Position numbers and translations under genes: made by a program
In this document: positions 26,165 through 36,011 of the stretch, piece after piece
Layout: each line of letters starts with the position of its first letter
How positions within the stretch are numbered: the stretch's first letter is position 1
Notes under the pieces: generated by a model
Told to the model about the DNA's origin: nothing
Seen by the model: the letters and a program-made list of their open reading frames with translations, nothing else
The model's database searches: none
Source of the DNA: Vulcanimicrobiota bacterium
Lineage (GTDB): Bacteria; Vulcanimicrobiota; Vulcanimicrobiia; Vulcanimicrobiales; Vulcanimicrobiaceae
Reading direction: 5' to 3'
DNA length: 64,000 nucleotides
Assembly: GCA_963758805.1 (NCBI GenBank)
Contig: CAVWWP010000002.1
Coordinates: forward strand, 222,918-286,917

Positions 26165-26533
26165 CTAGCGGTGTTCCACCGGAGCGCCTTCCTCGGCGTC
26201 TTGGCGGTCGAGATTCTCCGCCCGCTCGGTCACCAGCCACGTGTTGGCGCGCTCGATGTCCTCCTGTTTCACGCGCCGTGTAAACCATGCGTGAAGCTCG
26301 TCGTCGGTTTTATGCCGGCTGAGAGCTTCTTCGAACTCATCCACCGGAACACGCCATCGTTCGAGCATTCCTCGATCCATGGGACACGGATAGACGTAAT
26401 CATGTATAGTGCCGGCGGCTGCGGCGCGCCCCTTGTCGGCCACGCGGAGCAACCAGAGCGCGGTACCGATTGGTTCCCGACCGCGCCGCGGGAAGGTTTT
26501 TCCATCGCGAAAGTCTGTAGCCATGCGCCCCAT
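26165..26533 (-). CDS. DUF5069-family protein
   Basis: FPRRGREPIG...LLRVADKGRAAAAGTIHDYVYPCPMDRGMLERW matches the DUF5069 pattern as I remember it. Confidence 0.65.
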   Translation of the reverse strand: MGRMATDFRDGKTFPRRGREPIGTALWLLRVADKGRAAAAGTIHDYVYPCPMDRGMLERWRVPVDEFEEALSRHKTDDELHAWFTRRVKQEDIERANTWLVTERAENLDRQDAEEGAPVEHR

Positions 26534-26589
26534 AATGCGCCTCCGGTGCGGCGGGTTGCGCGGCGCCGGCGCGCGAACGATGCCTCGTC

Positions 26590-27279
26590 ATGCAAGGGGA
26601 TCTGCTCGTGCCTCACGAGCCGCGCTGGCACGCTTCGTGCGCCATCATCGCAGCGGTGATCCTCTACATTACGCTCCCGCCCCGGTTGACGATCGGTCCC
26701 GGTTGGGTCGCACCCGTGCTCGTTCTGCTCGTGCTCGTTCCGCTCTCGATTCTCGCGCCACGGCGTGGGCGGGAGACGCAGCGCACGCGGCTCTGGAGCA
26801 TTCTGCTCATCGCGATCGTTACGTTTTTCAATTTAGCGTCAGTGCTGCTGCTCGTCGCGGGCTTCTTTCATCCTGCGAAGGCGCAACTGCAATCGGCCGC
26901 GATACTGCTACGAACCGGCTCGCAGATATGGCTGACGAACATTCTCGTTTTTGGATTATGGTATTGGGAACTCGACGGCAACGGTCCCGAGGCCCGGGCA
27001 CATTGTACGACCACAAGCGAATTTCAGAACGCAGACTTTCTCTTTCCGCAGATGCAGATCATCGCCGCCAGCGGCGGGACGGCGACGTTTATCGATCGGA
27101 ACTGGAAGCCGCAGTTCTTCGATTACCTCTATCTGGCGCTGACGAATGCGACGGCGTTCAGCCCGGCCGACGTCATGCCGCTCAGCCGCTGGGCAAAGGC
27201 ACTCATGGGCGTCGAGGCGCTCGTCTCGTTGATAACCATCGCGATCGTCCTCGCGCGCTCGGTCAGCTTGATCCAGTGA
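26590..27279 (+). CDS. DUF1345-family membrane protein
   Basis: TM helices plus NILVFGLWYWELDGNGP, DFLFPQ, WKPQFFDYLYLALTNATAFSPADVMPLS. Confidence 0.7.
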   Translation: MQGDLLVPHEPRWHASCAIIAAVILYITLPPRLTIGPGWVAPVLVLLVLVPLSILAPRRGRETQRTRLWSILLIAIVTFFNLASVLLLVAGFFHPAKAQLQSAAILLRTGSQIWLTNILVFGLWYWELDGNGPEARAHCTTTSEFQNADFLFPQMQIIAASGGTATFIDRNWKPQFFDYLYLALTNATAFSPADVMPLSRWAKALMGVEALVSLITIAIVLARSVSLIQ

Positions 27280-27328
27280 AGCCCATAGGACGCGGTCCCG
27301 CGCGGCTCGAACCGGAAGGGTCGCCTAG

Positions 27329-27402
27329 CGCGGGTATGATGTAATGGCAGCCTGCGACCTTCCCAAGGTTGATGCGTGGGTTCGATTCCCACTACCCGCT
27401 CC
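27329..27402 (+). tRNA. tRNA-Gly (anticodon CCC), CCA encoded, weak D-stem
   Basis: GCGGGTA acceptor, CGACC-TTCCCAA-GGTTG, GTGGG-TTCGATT-CCCAC, TACCCGC-T-CCA. D-stem ATGT/GCCT has one U-C mismatch. 74 nt. Confidence 0.8.
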
Positions 27403-27428
27403 ACCATTCGAAGTTCGCAGTGTGACAA

Positions 27429-27503
27429 GGCGACGTAGCCAAGTGGTAAGGCAGGGCTCTGCAAAAGCCCCATTCGGCAGTTCGAATCTGCCCGTCGCCT
27501 CCA
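27429..27503 (+). tRNA. tRNA-Cys (anticodon GCA), CCA encoded
   Basis: GGCGACG acceptor, GCCAAGTGGTAAGGC, GGGCT-CTGCAAA-AGCCC, GGCAG-TTCGAAT-CTGCC, CGTCGCC-T-CCA. 75 nt. Confidence 0.9.
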
Positions 27504-27525
27504 TCCTCTCCAAGACGCGTGAAAC

Positions 27526-28464
27526 ATGCGCGTAGCCATTGTTGGTGCGGGCGCGATTGGCGGATTTATCGCGGCGGCGTTGGCGCGGTCGGAAGTAGAG
27601 GTCGGCGTCGTTGCGCGCGGCGCACATCTTGAAGCGATTCGGCGCGAAGGGCTGCACGTCGAGAGCGATCTTGGAGTTTTTCACGCGTCCGTCAACGCTG
27701 CAGACGACCTGCGCGAGCTTGGCGCGCTCGACATCGTCATCCTCAGCTTCAAATCTCATCAGTGGCCGGCGCTTCGCGAGCAGATCGATGCACTCGCTGA
27801 AACGCCGGCTCAGATCGTCACGCTTCAGAACGGCGTTCCGTTTTGGTACGTGCGCGACCCGCCGCTGCGCAGCGTCGACCCTCAGGGACATGTCGGCCGG
27901 CATTTCGGCGACGACCGTATCGTAGGCGGCGTCGTGCACGTGTCGGGGACGATCGTCGAGCCGGGCCGCATTCGCCAGAGCGGCGGATTGCGCTACGTTT
28001 TCGGGGATCCGCGCGGTGGCACGGGCGCGCGAGTCGATGCGCTCGTCGACCTCTTTCGGCGCGCCGGTTTGGCCGCCGAAGCCGATCCGGACGTTCGAGC
28101 GACGGTGTGGCTGAAGCTGGTCAATAATGCCGGGCTCAATCCCATCAGCGTGCTCCGCCGGATGACGATCAAACCGATGCTGGAAAATCCGCAGGCGCGC
28201 GCCGAGGTGCGCGAGCTAATGGAAGAAGCACTTGCGGTCGGGCAGGCGATGGGCGTCGTGGCAGAGGTCGACGTCGATGCGCGCATCGCGTACGCGGCGC
28301 GTCTCGAGGACGTGAAGACGTCGATGCTCCAGGATTTCGAGCGTGAGCGCCCCCTGGAGCTCGATCCGATTCTTGGCGCGGTCATCGAACTCGCCGGCCG
28401 CTACGCGGTTGCCGTCCCCCGCGCGCGCGCCGCGTACGAGAAGCTCGCGAACCTCGTCGCGTGA
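27526..28464 (+). CDS. panE: 2-dehydropantoate 2-reductase (ketopantoate reductase family)
   Basis: MRVAIVGAGAIGG Rossmann start, VTLQNG, KLVNNAGLNPIS, SMLQDFERERPLELD. Confidence 0.8.
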   Translation: MRVAIVGAGAIGGFIAAALARSEVEVGVVARGAHLEAIRREGLHVESDLGVFHASVNAADDLRELGALDIVILSFKSHQWPALREQIDALAETPAQIVTLQNGVPFWYVRDPPLRSVDPQGHVGRHFGDDRIVGGVVHVSGTIVEPGRIRQSGGLRYVFGDPRGGTGARVDALVDLFRRAGLAAEADPDVRATVWLKLVNNAGLNPISVLRRMTIKPMLENPQARAEVRELMEEALAVGQAMGVVAEVDVDARIAYAARLEDVKTSMLQDFERERPLELDPILGAVIELAGRYAVAVPRARAAYEKLANLVA

Positions 28465-30533
28465 CCGTTGAAGAGCGCCCGGAACTGCGCCTGGCAGATC
28501 TTGCGGGCGTCGGTCCGAAGACGGCCGTGTTACTAGCAGAACTCGGCCTCGAAACGCCCCAGGCGCTTCTCGAATACTTTCCCTTCAGATACGATGACTT
28601 GCGTTTTCCAACGCCGGCTATCCGGCTCGGCGAGAGCGGCGGCGAGGAGAACGCGGTCGGATGCGTCACCGAAGTGCGCGAGCGGCGGGTCCGCGGCCTA
28701 GAGATCGTCGAGGTCAAGCTGGTCGACGACGCGGGCGACACGTTCGGCGCTAAGTGGATCGGCCGGAACCGGTACGTCTACGGCCGCTTCCACGAAGGGA
28801 TGCGGCTCTTCGTACGCGGTCGCGTCGAGCGCACGTTCTCCGGGCCGGTAGTCAACGTCATGCAGTACGCGGAGCTCGGGCCGCGCGAGGAGTATCGTGG
28901 CGAGCTCGTTCCCGTCTATCGCTCGAGCAAGGATCTGGCGACGCGGAAGATCGCGTCGATCGTAAAAAAGAATCTGCCGCGGCTGCTCGAGCTGGCGCCG
29001 GCGGACCCGTTGCCCGGAGCGCTCGCGGAGGAACGGCGCTATACGTCGCTGCGCGAAGCATATCGCGGCGTTCACGGTCCGCGCGACCCGGAGGAGGCGG
29101 CGCGCGCACGCGAGCGCTTCGTCTTTGCCGAGTTTCTTGCGCTCGCCACGGCGGCGCAGTTGCGGCGCGCCGAACGCGAGCGCGATCACGATGCCCGCGC
29201 GTTGCGCGTGCCGCCGGAGCTCCTGGCGAGATTCGAGGCCAGCCTTCCGTTCGCTTTGACCGGCGCGCAGCGAGGCGCGGTGCTCGAGATATGGAACGAC
29301 ATGACGCGCGACGTTCCAATGAATCGCCTGCTCCAAGGCGACGTCGGAAGCGGCAAGACGCTGGTCGCGGCCGCGGCCGTCGTGCTTGCGTCGAGCAACG
29401 GCGTTCAATCGGCACTAATGGCGCCGACGGAGTTGCTTGCGTCCCAGCATGCGAGCAAACTCGCGCCGCTCTTACTGCCGTTTGGGATTGCGGTCGAGGC
29501 ACTATACGGCGATCAGTCGCAGCGCTCGCGTACCGCGGCACGCGAAAAACTCGCCAGCGGCGAAGCGGCGCTCGCTATCGGCACGCACGCGTTGATCGTG
29601 GAGAGCGTTGCCTTCGATCGCCTTGGGCTCACGATCATCGACGAGCAGCATCGTTTCGGCGTCGAACAGCGGGCGCGGTTGCGCGCAAAGGGTCTCTCGC
29701 CGCACACGCTGCACATGACGGCGACGCCGATTCCGCGAACGCTTGCGCAGGTGCTCTACGCGGATCTGGAGGTCTCGACGATCGACGAGTTGCCGCCCGG
29801 GCGGACGCCGATTGAAACGTTTGCCATCCGCGCGAGCCGGCTCGGCCCCGCCTACGAGTTCGTTCGGCGCAGCGTTGCACTCGGGCGCCAGGCGTACATC
29901 GTAGCACCGGCGATCGCCGAAGGTGACGGTTCGCTGACGAGCGCAGTCGCAGAAGCCGAGCGACTCGGCAACGATGTCTTGCCCGACCTGCGCGTCGGCT
30001 TGCTGCACGGCAGGCTCTCCAGCCGTGAGAAGGACGCGGTGATGGGTGCCTTCGTACGCGGCGAGCTCGACGTGCTCGTTGCAACGACGGTCGTCGAGGT
30101 CGGCATCGATGTACCGAACGCGAGCGTCATGATCGTCCTCGACGCGCATCGGTACGGCTTGGCGCAACTCCATCAGCTGCGTGGGCGCGTCGGGCGATCC
30201 TCCGCGAAGTCGTATTGCGTCCTCGTCTATCCCGACGATGCGGTCGATCGCGAGCGGATCGAAATCCTCACGCGTTCGAATGACGGCTTTGCGATCGCTG
30301 ACGAAGATCTGCGGCTGCGCGGCCCGGGCGAGTTTGCGGGCACGGTGCAGTCGGGCGCGGCCGAACTTCGACTAGGCGACTTGGTCGCCGACATCGACAT
30401 CTATCGGGCGGCAAAAGCCGCCGCCGCGCGCATCGTCGCGCGGGATCCGTCGCTGGCCAAGCCCGAGCACGCCGGGTTGCGCGCGCAGCTGGAGATACAG
30501 CCCAGTACGCGCGCGCTCGTCCTTTCGTCGTGA
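28461..30533 (+). CDS. recG: ATP-dependent DNA helicase RecG
   Basis: Wedge domain, then LTGAQ, Walker A GDVGSGKT, DEQHRFGV, TATPIPRTL and QLRGRVGR motifs. Confidence 0.95.
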   Translation: MTVEERPELRLADLAGVGPKTAVLLAELGLETPQALLEYFPFRYDDLRFPTPAIRLGESGGEENAVGCVTEVRERRVRGLEIVEVKLVDDAGDTFGAKWIGRNRYVYGRFHEGMRLFVRGRVERTFSGPVVNVMQYAELGPREEYRGELVPVYRSSKDLATRKIASIVKKNLPRLLELAPADPLPGALAEERRYTSLREAYRGVHGPRDPEEAARARERFVFAEFLALATAAQLRRAERERDHDARALRVPPELLARFEASLPFALTGAQRGAVLEIWNDMTRDVPMNRLLQGDVGSGKTLVAAAAVVLASSNGVQSALMAPTELLASQHASKLAPLLLPFGIAVEALYGDQSQRSRTAAREKLASGEAALAIGTHALIVESVAFDRLGLTIIDEQHRFGVEQRARLRAKGLSPHTLHMTATPIPRTLAQVLYADLEVSTIDELPPGRTPIETFAIRASRLGPAYEFVRRSVALGRQAYIVAPAIAEGDGSLTSAVAEAERLGNDVLPDLRVGLLHGRLSSREKDAVMGAFVRGELDVLVATTVVEVGIDVPNASVMIVLDAHRYGLAQLHQLRGRVGRSSAKSYCVLVYPDDAVDRERIEILTRSNDGFAIADEDLRLRGPGEFAGTVQSGAAELRLGDLVADIDIYRAAKAAAARIVARDPSLAKPEHAGLRAQLEIQPSTRALVLSS

Positions 30534-30567
30534 GGGATACGCGGCTACCTCCCGAATAGCGGCAAGC

Positions 30568-33225
30568 ATGCGTGTTCATCAGTTCGTATTCGCTCTGCTC
30601 GCAGCCGTTCTCGCCGTTGCAGCCCTCCCGCTTCGCACCGTCGCTGCGGTCGAAACCGTACGGGCGACGCTCTCCAACGGGTTGCGCATTATCGTCGTCC
30701 GCGATACACTCGCACCGGTCGTCACCGCCGTCATCAACTATGAGGCCGGCTCGGACGAACAATGGATTCCTGGGCTGGCACACGCAACCGAACACATGAT
30801 GTTCCGCGGGAGCAAGACGCTGTCGTCGTCTGGGCTCATGGAGTCGCTCGGCATCACCGGCGGCGATTTCGATGCCGACACGCAGAGCAACATCACGCAG
30901 TACTACTTTACGGTACCGGCTGCGTATCTCGACGTCGCGCTGCGGTCGGAGCGGTCGCGCGCGACGGGGCTTCTGATGTCGCCGTCGCTCTGGGCGCAAG
31001 AACGTGGCGCGATCACGCAAGAAGTGACGCAGGACAATAGCGATGCGTTTTACCGCCTCTTCATACGCATGCAAGACCGCATTCTCGGCGGAACGCCGTA
31101 TGCGAAGAATACGCTGGGTACGGTGCAAGACTTCGCGCACACCGTCAACAGCGTGCAGCTGCTGAAGTTCTACCACACGTGGTACCATCCCAATGACGCG
31201 GTCTACGTCATCGCCGGAGACGTCGATCCCGCCGGTACGATCGCTCGGATCCGCACGCTCTTCGGCGACGTCCCCGCGGCGAAGCTCCCGGCTCGCGCGC
31301 CGGTCCGTCTTGCGCCGTTACGCGGCGCGCTCTATCACGATTTATCGGACCAGCCGTTCACGGCCGTCCTATTCGGTTACCGTTTCCCCGGCTACGATAG
31401 CCCTGACTACGCGGCGGGTGAGATTCTCAGCGACGTGCTTTCGAGCCCGCGCAGCGCACTGGGTTCGCTGCCGTTCACCGGGCAGGCGTTGGCGACGGGG
31501 TTTACCGCACAGACCTTCCCTAAGGCGGCGATCGGCATCGCCTACGGTGTGGTTCCGGTGACGACACCGCCGGCGACGATCGATCGCGAGTTGCGCGCGA
31601 TCATCAACGGCTACGAGAAGAGCGGCGTCCCTGCGGACTTGGTCGAGGCCGCGAAGCTGCGCGAGGTATCGCAGCTGGAGTTCAGTGCAAACTCGATTGA
31701 AGGTTTGGCGCTGGAGTGGAGCCAGGCCGTCGCGGTGCAGAATCTGCAATCCCCTGACGACATGATCGCTCAGTTCAATCGCGTCACGCCGGCGGACGTC
31801 AACCGCGTTATGCGTACATATCTCGACAACTCCCGGGTCGTCGTAGCCTACGCTGTGCCAAAAAACAGCGGCGCGACGAGTACCGGCGGCGGCATGGCTA
31901 AAGAAGATAACGAGATCCCGCCGACGTCGCACGAGCCGTTGCCTCCGTGGGCGCAGCACGTGCTCGACAACCTGCGCGTCCCCGAGCAGACGCTCGATCC
32001 GGTCGACATGCGGCTCTCCAATGGAGTCCGGCTCATCGTGCAGCCCGAGCATATCACCCACACGGTCGTCGTCGACGGCGAGATCCTCAGCAACGCGCGG
32101 GTGCAGGAACCTGCTGGTCAAGAAGGCGTCGCGCGCGTGACGACGGACCTCTTGCCGTATGGAACGACGACGTACGGGCGCGTTGCGTTCCAAACCGAGC
32201 TCGATAAGATCGCCGCGACCACAACGGCCGGCACGGATTTCGGCGTCGACGTGTTGTCGAGCGATTTCGATCGCGGTGTCGCGTTACTGGCGGATGAGGA
32301 ACTGCACCCGGCGCTCAACGCCGCCGATTTCAAGATCGTGCAGGGACAGAGCGTCGGCGATCTGACCGGCCAGATGACGTCGCCCGATCATCTGGCATCG
32401 GTCGCGCTCGAGAAGGCGCTCTATCCTGCCGGCGATCCGGAGCAGCGGTTTGCGACGCCGGGCACGGTCGGAACGTTGACGCTTGCCGACGTGAAGCAAT
32501 GGTATGCGAGCGTCTACCGGCCGGATATGACGACGATCGTCGTCATCGGCGATACGACGCCCGGCGCCGCAAAGGCGATCTTCGAGAAGTACTTCGGCGC
32601 CTGGCAAGCCTCGGGACCGAAACCCAATGTCGAGCCGCCGGCAGCGCCGGCGAACGCTCCCGCGCAAATCACCGTTCCGGCGACTGGCCGCGTACAGTCG
32701 TCGGTGGATCTCGTGGAGACCGTTCCGCTCGTGCGCACCGATCCGAACTGGGCGCCGCTGCAGCTTGCGAACACCGTGCTGACCGGTGGCTTCTACTCGT
32801 CGCTGCTCTACCACGATCTCCGCGAGGTGCACGGCTACGCATACTCGGTCAGCAGCGACGTCGTCGCGGGCCGCGTTCGCGGAAGGTTCAGCGTGAGCTA
32901 CGGATGTGATCCGCAGAATATCATTCCGGCACAAGGGCAGGTCGCCGCTATCCTCACACAGCTTCAACAGCAACCGATCGAGGCAAATCGGCTGCTGCGT
33001 TCGAAGGCGCTGCTCATGGGCGAGGTGCCGATCGCGCTCTCGAGCTACGACGGCGTGACCGGGCAGCTACTGGAGTATGCGGTCGACGATCTGCCGCTCG
33101 ACCAGAACATCATCGACGCGCAAGCCGAGCTATCCGCGACGGCGAGCACCGTGCAACAGGCGCTTGCGAAATACGTTCGTCCGAACGGCTTCGTGCGGGT
33201 CGTCACCGGGCCGGGGCCGCGCTAG
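30568..33225 (+). CDS. Secreted M16-family (pitrilysin-like) zinc peptidase, double-length
   Basis: Signal peptide. Inverted zinc motif HATEHMMFRG (HxxEH). Two tandem M16 active/inactive domain pairs in 885 aa. Confidence 0.9.
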   Translation: MRVHQFVFALLAAVLAVAALPLRTVAAVETVRATLSNGLRIIVVRDTLAPVVTAVINYEAGSDEQWIPGLAHATEHMMFRGSKTLSSSGLMESLGITGGDFDADTQSNITQYYFTVPAAYLDVALRSERSRATGLLMSPSLWAQERGAITQEVTQDNSDAFYRLFIRMQDRILGGTPYAKNTLGTVQDFAHTVNSVQLLKFYHTWYHPNDAVYVIAGDVDPAGTIARIRTLFGDVPAAKLPARAPVRLAPLRGALYHDLSDQPFTAVLFGYRFPGYDSPDYAAGEILSDVLSSPRSALGSLPFTGQALATGFTAQTFPKAAIGIAYGVVPVTTPPATIDRELRAIINGYEKSGVPADLVEAAKLREVSQLEFSANSIEGLALEWSQAVAVQNLQSPDDMIAQFNRVTPADVNRVMRTYLDNSRVVVAYAVPKNSGATSTGGGMAKEDNEIPPTSHEPLPPWAQHVLDNLRVPEQTLDPVDMRLSNGVRLIVQPEHITHTVVVDGEILSNARVQEPAGQEGVARVTTDLLPYGTTTYGRVAFQTELDKIAATTTAGTDFGVDVLSSDFDRGVALLADEELHPALNAADFKIVQGQSVGDLTGQMTSPDHLASVALEKALYPAGDPEQRFATPGTVGTLTLADVKQWYASVYRPDMTTIVVIGDTTPGAAKAIFEKYFGAWQASGPKPNVEPPAAPANAPAQITVPATGRVQSSVDLVETVPLVRTDPNWAPLQLANTVLTGGFYSSLLYHDLREVHGYAYSVSSDVVAGRVRGRFSVSYGCDPQNIIPAQGQVAAILTQLQQQPIEANRLLRSKALLMGEVPIALSSYDGVTGQLLEYAVDDLPLDQNIIDAQAELSATASTVQQALAKYVRPNGFVRVVTGPGPR

Positions 33226-33268
33226 AGAGACTAAGGGCAGGCAGGTTCGAGCGTCGAACGCGGGCCTC

Positions 33269-33970
33269 GTGGAGGCCCCGGCGGGAATCGGTTTTGACAT
33301 CGATCACACGCTCGCGATCGACAACCGGCTGGAGCGGGTTGCGTTTCTGCGCCTGTTGGAACTGTTGCTGAACGAAGGAGGGCGGAGCATTGGGACGCTC
33401 GCGGACGAGATCGACGCTATCGACGCGCTCCTGGCGGAGCAACGCAGCGGGGCGTTCTCCATCGACATCGCTGTCGAGCGCTTCGCGAGCGCGCATGGCG
33501 TCGCGATGAACTCAAGCTACGCGCGATACTTTCGCGACCGAGCCGTCGAGATGGTCGACGAGTTCGTCGTTCCGTTGCCGGGCGCTCGGGCGGCGCTCGA
33601 TTCGCTGCAGGAACGCGGAATCGCGCTCGTCGTGCTCAGCAACGGTTGGAATCCGCTGCAAGTTCGCAAGGCGGAGCGAATAGGTTTTCGCGGGCCCGTC
33701 ATAACGAGCGCGGATATCGGCGTGCAGAAGCCCGCGCTGCGTGCCTTCGACGCCATGCTCGAGTCTCTCGGGACGCCGGCGTCGCGAACGTGGTACGTCG
33801 GGGACGATCCGCGAGGCGACATTGCGGGTGCCGACGCAGCCGGTATCGCGACCGTCTGGCTCGACTGGGAGAAGAAGACGTACCCGGCAGACGTTGCACC
33901 GCCGACGCATACGGTTCACACTTTTGCGCAGCTGCTCGATATTGCGCTCTCGGCTGAGCGCGCCTCGTGA
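33269..33970 (+). CDS. HAD-superfamily hydrolase
   Basis: GTG 33269. Motif I GFDIDHTL, LSNG, motif IV YVGDDPRGDIAGA. Confidence 0.7.
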   Translation: MEAPAGIGFDIDHTLAIDNRLERVAFLRLLELLLNEGGRSIGTLADEIDAIDALLAEQRSGAFSIDIAVERFASAHGVAMNSSYARYFRDRAVEMVDEFVVPLPGARAALDSLQERGIALVVLSNGWNPLQVRKAERIGFRGPVITSADIGVQKPALRAFDAMLESLGTPASRTWYVGDDPRGDIAGADAAGIATVWLDWEKKTYPADVAPPTHTVHTFAQLLDIALSAERAS

Positions 33971-35730
33971 TGCGCGTAATTGGCTCGATCCTGGCGCTGT
34001 GCATCGCGCTCGTTGCGACCGCGCCCGCGCGATTGCGAGCCGGCGACGCCGGCGCTGCGCCGGTATTCTCGGCGTACGACATGAAGCTCATCGCGCTGGA
34101 GAAACGTTATACATACTGGTCGTTTTCGCAGGATCCGCCATCGGCGACCGATGCGGGCATTCACACGTACGATACGCGCCTTGCGGACTACTCGGCCGCG
34201 ACGCAGGCGGCGCAAATGGCGCAGTTGCGGAGCTTTCGCAACGAGCTCGCGGCGCTGCAGCCGGCAACGGATGCAACCCCCCACGATCGCGTCGATTATC
34301 TCCTGATCCGTTCGGAGATCGAGGGTGACTGGTGGTCGCGCACCGTCCTGCTCGGCTTGCAGCGTAACCCGACGATTTACGAAGGCGAATGCACCGACGG
34401 CATCTTCTCGATCGTCAAGCGGCCGTACGCGAGCGATCAAGTACGTGTCGAGGATGCAATCGCGCGGCTGCACCAGTGCCCACGTGTGCTCCAGCAAGGA
34501 GAGGCAAACCTGACCGATACGGTTCGCGAATTCGCTCAGATCGCGTCTGAAGACGTTCGCGACGGCGATGCGCTCTATACGACGACGCTCGACGTCGTCG
34601 CGCGCCGAACTTCGCCCGCGACGCGCGCCGACCTGCGCTCCGCACAAACGACGGCGCTGACGGCGCTGCACGCGTATCGCGCTTGGCTCGACTCGCACAT
34701 GTCGAGCTTCCACGCCGGCGGCTTCGCGGTCGGCACCGAGCAGTACAACTGGTTCCTGCATCGCGTGCTCTTGCTTCCGTTCGACGCGCAGCAGATTGCG
34801 GCGATCGGAACGCTCGACCTCGCACGCGACCGCGCGCTCGAGGTCTGGGAACAGACGCGCGACGCTCACATACCACCCTCGCAACCCGAACCGGCATTCA
34901 AGTCCAAGAGCGCATTTCTGGCCTACTACGAGCGCAGCCTGAAAAGAATCATCACGTTCATTCAGTCGCACCAAATCCTCGACATTCCCGGCTACATCGG
35001 CCCGTTTCACATCGTCGAGGTTCCAAAGGCGTTGGCCGCGACGTATCCCGGCGGCTTCATGAATCCGCCCGGGATGTTTTCGAAGGATCCGGAGGGGTTC
35101 TACTTCGTTCCAGATTTTAGCCCGAGCAACCAAAGTTTCTTCGTCGAACAAGCGCGGCAATCGGTCTTACCGTTGCTCGGTCATGAAGGGATTCCGGGGC
35201 ACTTCCTGCAGTTCAGCGAGGCGTATCACAATCCCGATTTCATCCGGCACGTCCACGACGACGGGGTCTTCGCCGAAGGCTGGGCGTTTTACGGCGAAGA
35301 GATGCTCATGCGCACCGGTCTGTATGATGGCGATCCGGGCGCACGCAAGCAGGTCATTCATCTCATGCGCCACCGCGCGACTCGCATCGGCGTCGACGTC
35401 GGCCTCGCGACGGGGGCGATGACGCTGCCCGAAGCAATCGCATACTTTCAGCGCAATGCCGGCATCGACTACGACACTGCGCGCGGCGAGGGAACGCGCT
35501 TCGCCATGGACCCAGGTCAAGCGATCGATTATCTCGTCGGCAAGACGCAGGTCGAGACGCTCATCGGGCTCGTGCATGATCGCGAAGGTACGGCATTCGC
35601 GCTGCGGAACTTTCACAATCGGTTACTCTCGTACGGCACCGTGCCGTACTCGACGATTCGCTACGAATGGCTCGGCGACGACAGTTGGCTGCAGCCCGCA
35701 CTGACGCCGCTGGCGCCACAGGAGTTCTAG
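33967..35730 (+). CDS. DUF885-family protein (putative secreted metallopeptidase-like)
   Basis: Signal peptide MMRVIGSILALCIALVA. HEGIPGHFLQ motif typical of DUF885. 4-nt overlap with the HAD gene. Confidence 0.8.
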   Translation: MMRVIGSILALCIALVATAPARLRAGDAGAAPVFSAYDMKLIALEKRYTYWSFSQDPPSATDAGIHTYDTRLADYSAATQAAQMAQLRSFRNELAALQPATDATPHDRVDYLLIRSEIEGDWWSRTVLLGLQRNPTIYEGECTDGIFSIVKRPYASDQVRVEDAIARLHQCPRVLQQGEANLTDTVREFAQIASEDVRDGDALYTTTLDVVARRTSPATRADLRSAQTTALTALHAYRAWLDSHMSSFHAGGFAVGTEQYNWFLHRVLLLPFDAQQIAAIGTLDLARDRALEVWEQTRDAHIPPSQPEPAFKSKSAFLAYYERSLKRIITFIQSHQILDIPGYIGPFHIVEVPKALAATYPGGFMNPPGMFSKDPEGFYFVPDFSPSNQSFFVEQARQSVLPLLGHEGIPGHFLQFSEAYHNPDFIRHVHDDGVFAEGWAFYGEEMLMRTGLYDGDPGARKQVIHLMRHRATRIGVDVGLATGAMTLPEAIAYFQRNAGIDYDTARGEGTRFAMDPGQAIDYLVGKTQVETLIGLVHDREGTAFALRNFHNRLLSYGTVPYSTIRYEWLGDDSWLQPALTPLAPQEF

Positions 35731-36008
35731 AGGAACCTCTGAGGAAATTGATGCACCGATCGTTTGAGCCACAAAGCCGCCAGATGCGAGAAGAAGGCGA
35801 GGGAGCATACTCGAAGGAGTCTGTTACTGAGCCTTCGACAACGCAGGTGGCGGCTTTGTGGCCAAACCCTTCGGGCAGCCGCAGTTTTGCCGCAACTCAT
35901 CGTTGCGGCCTCGGTCACAGAGTTCTCGGCTATGCTCCCTCGGCCGCGCCTCGATCTGCGGCAAAACTGCTCGCTGCGATCGGTGCAGCCATTTCTTCAG
36001 AGGTTCCT
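35731..36008. repeat. 278-bp modular palindromic element (nested and crossing inverted repeats) filling the whole intergenic gap
   Basis: Outer arms 35731..35762 / 35977..36008 (29 paired positions, one G-U on the + strand). 14-bp hairpins 35768..35781/35849..35862 and 35881..35894/35957..35970. 12-nt loop-loop complementarity 35798..35809/35931..35942. Confidence 0.7.
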
Positions 36009-36011
36009 TAA

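Noticed and set aside
24521-27503. tRNA cluster as an integration hotspot or genomic island (six tRNAs, lower-GC spacers, several DUF genes between them).
   Set aside because: No integrase, no direct repeat of a tRNA 3' end and no phage or conjugation genes were found. The genes between the tRNAs (DLH, DUF5069, DUF1345) look like ordinary chromosomal genes.
35731-36008. Classifying the palindromic element as a bona fide MITE.
   Set aside because: Terminal inverted repeats are present, but I see no clear target-site duplication, no second copy within the 64 kb and no transposase. It is reported as a repeat or structured element only.
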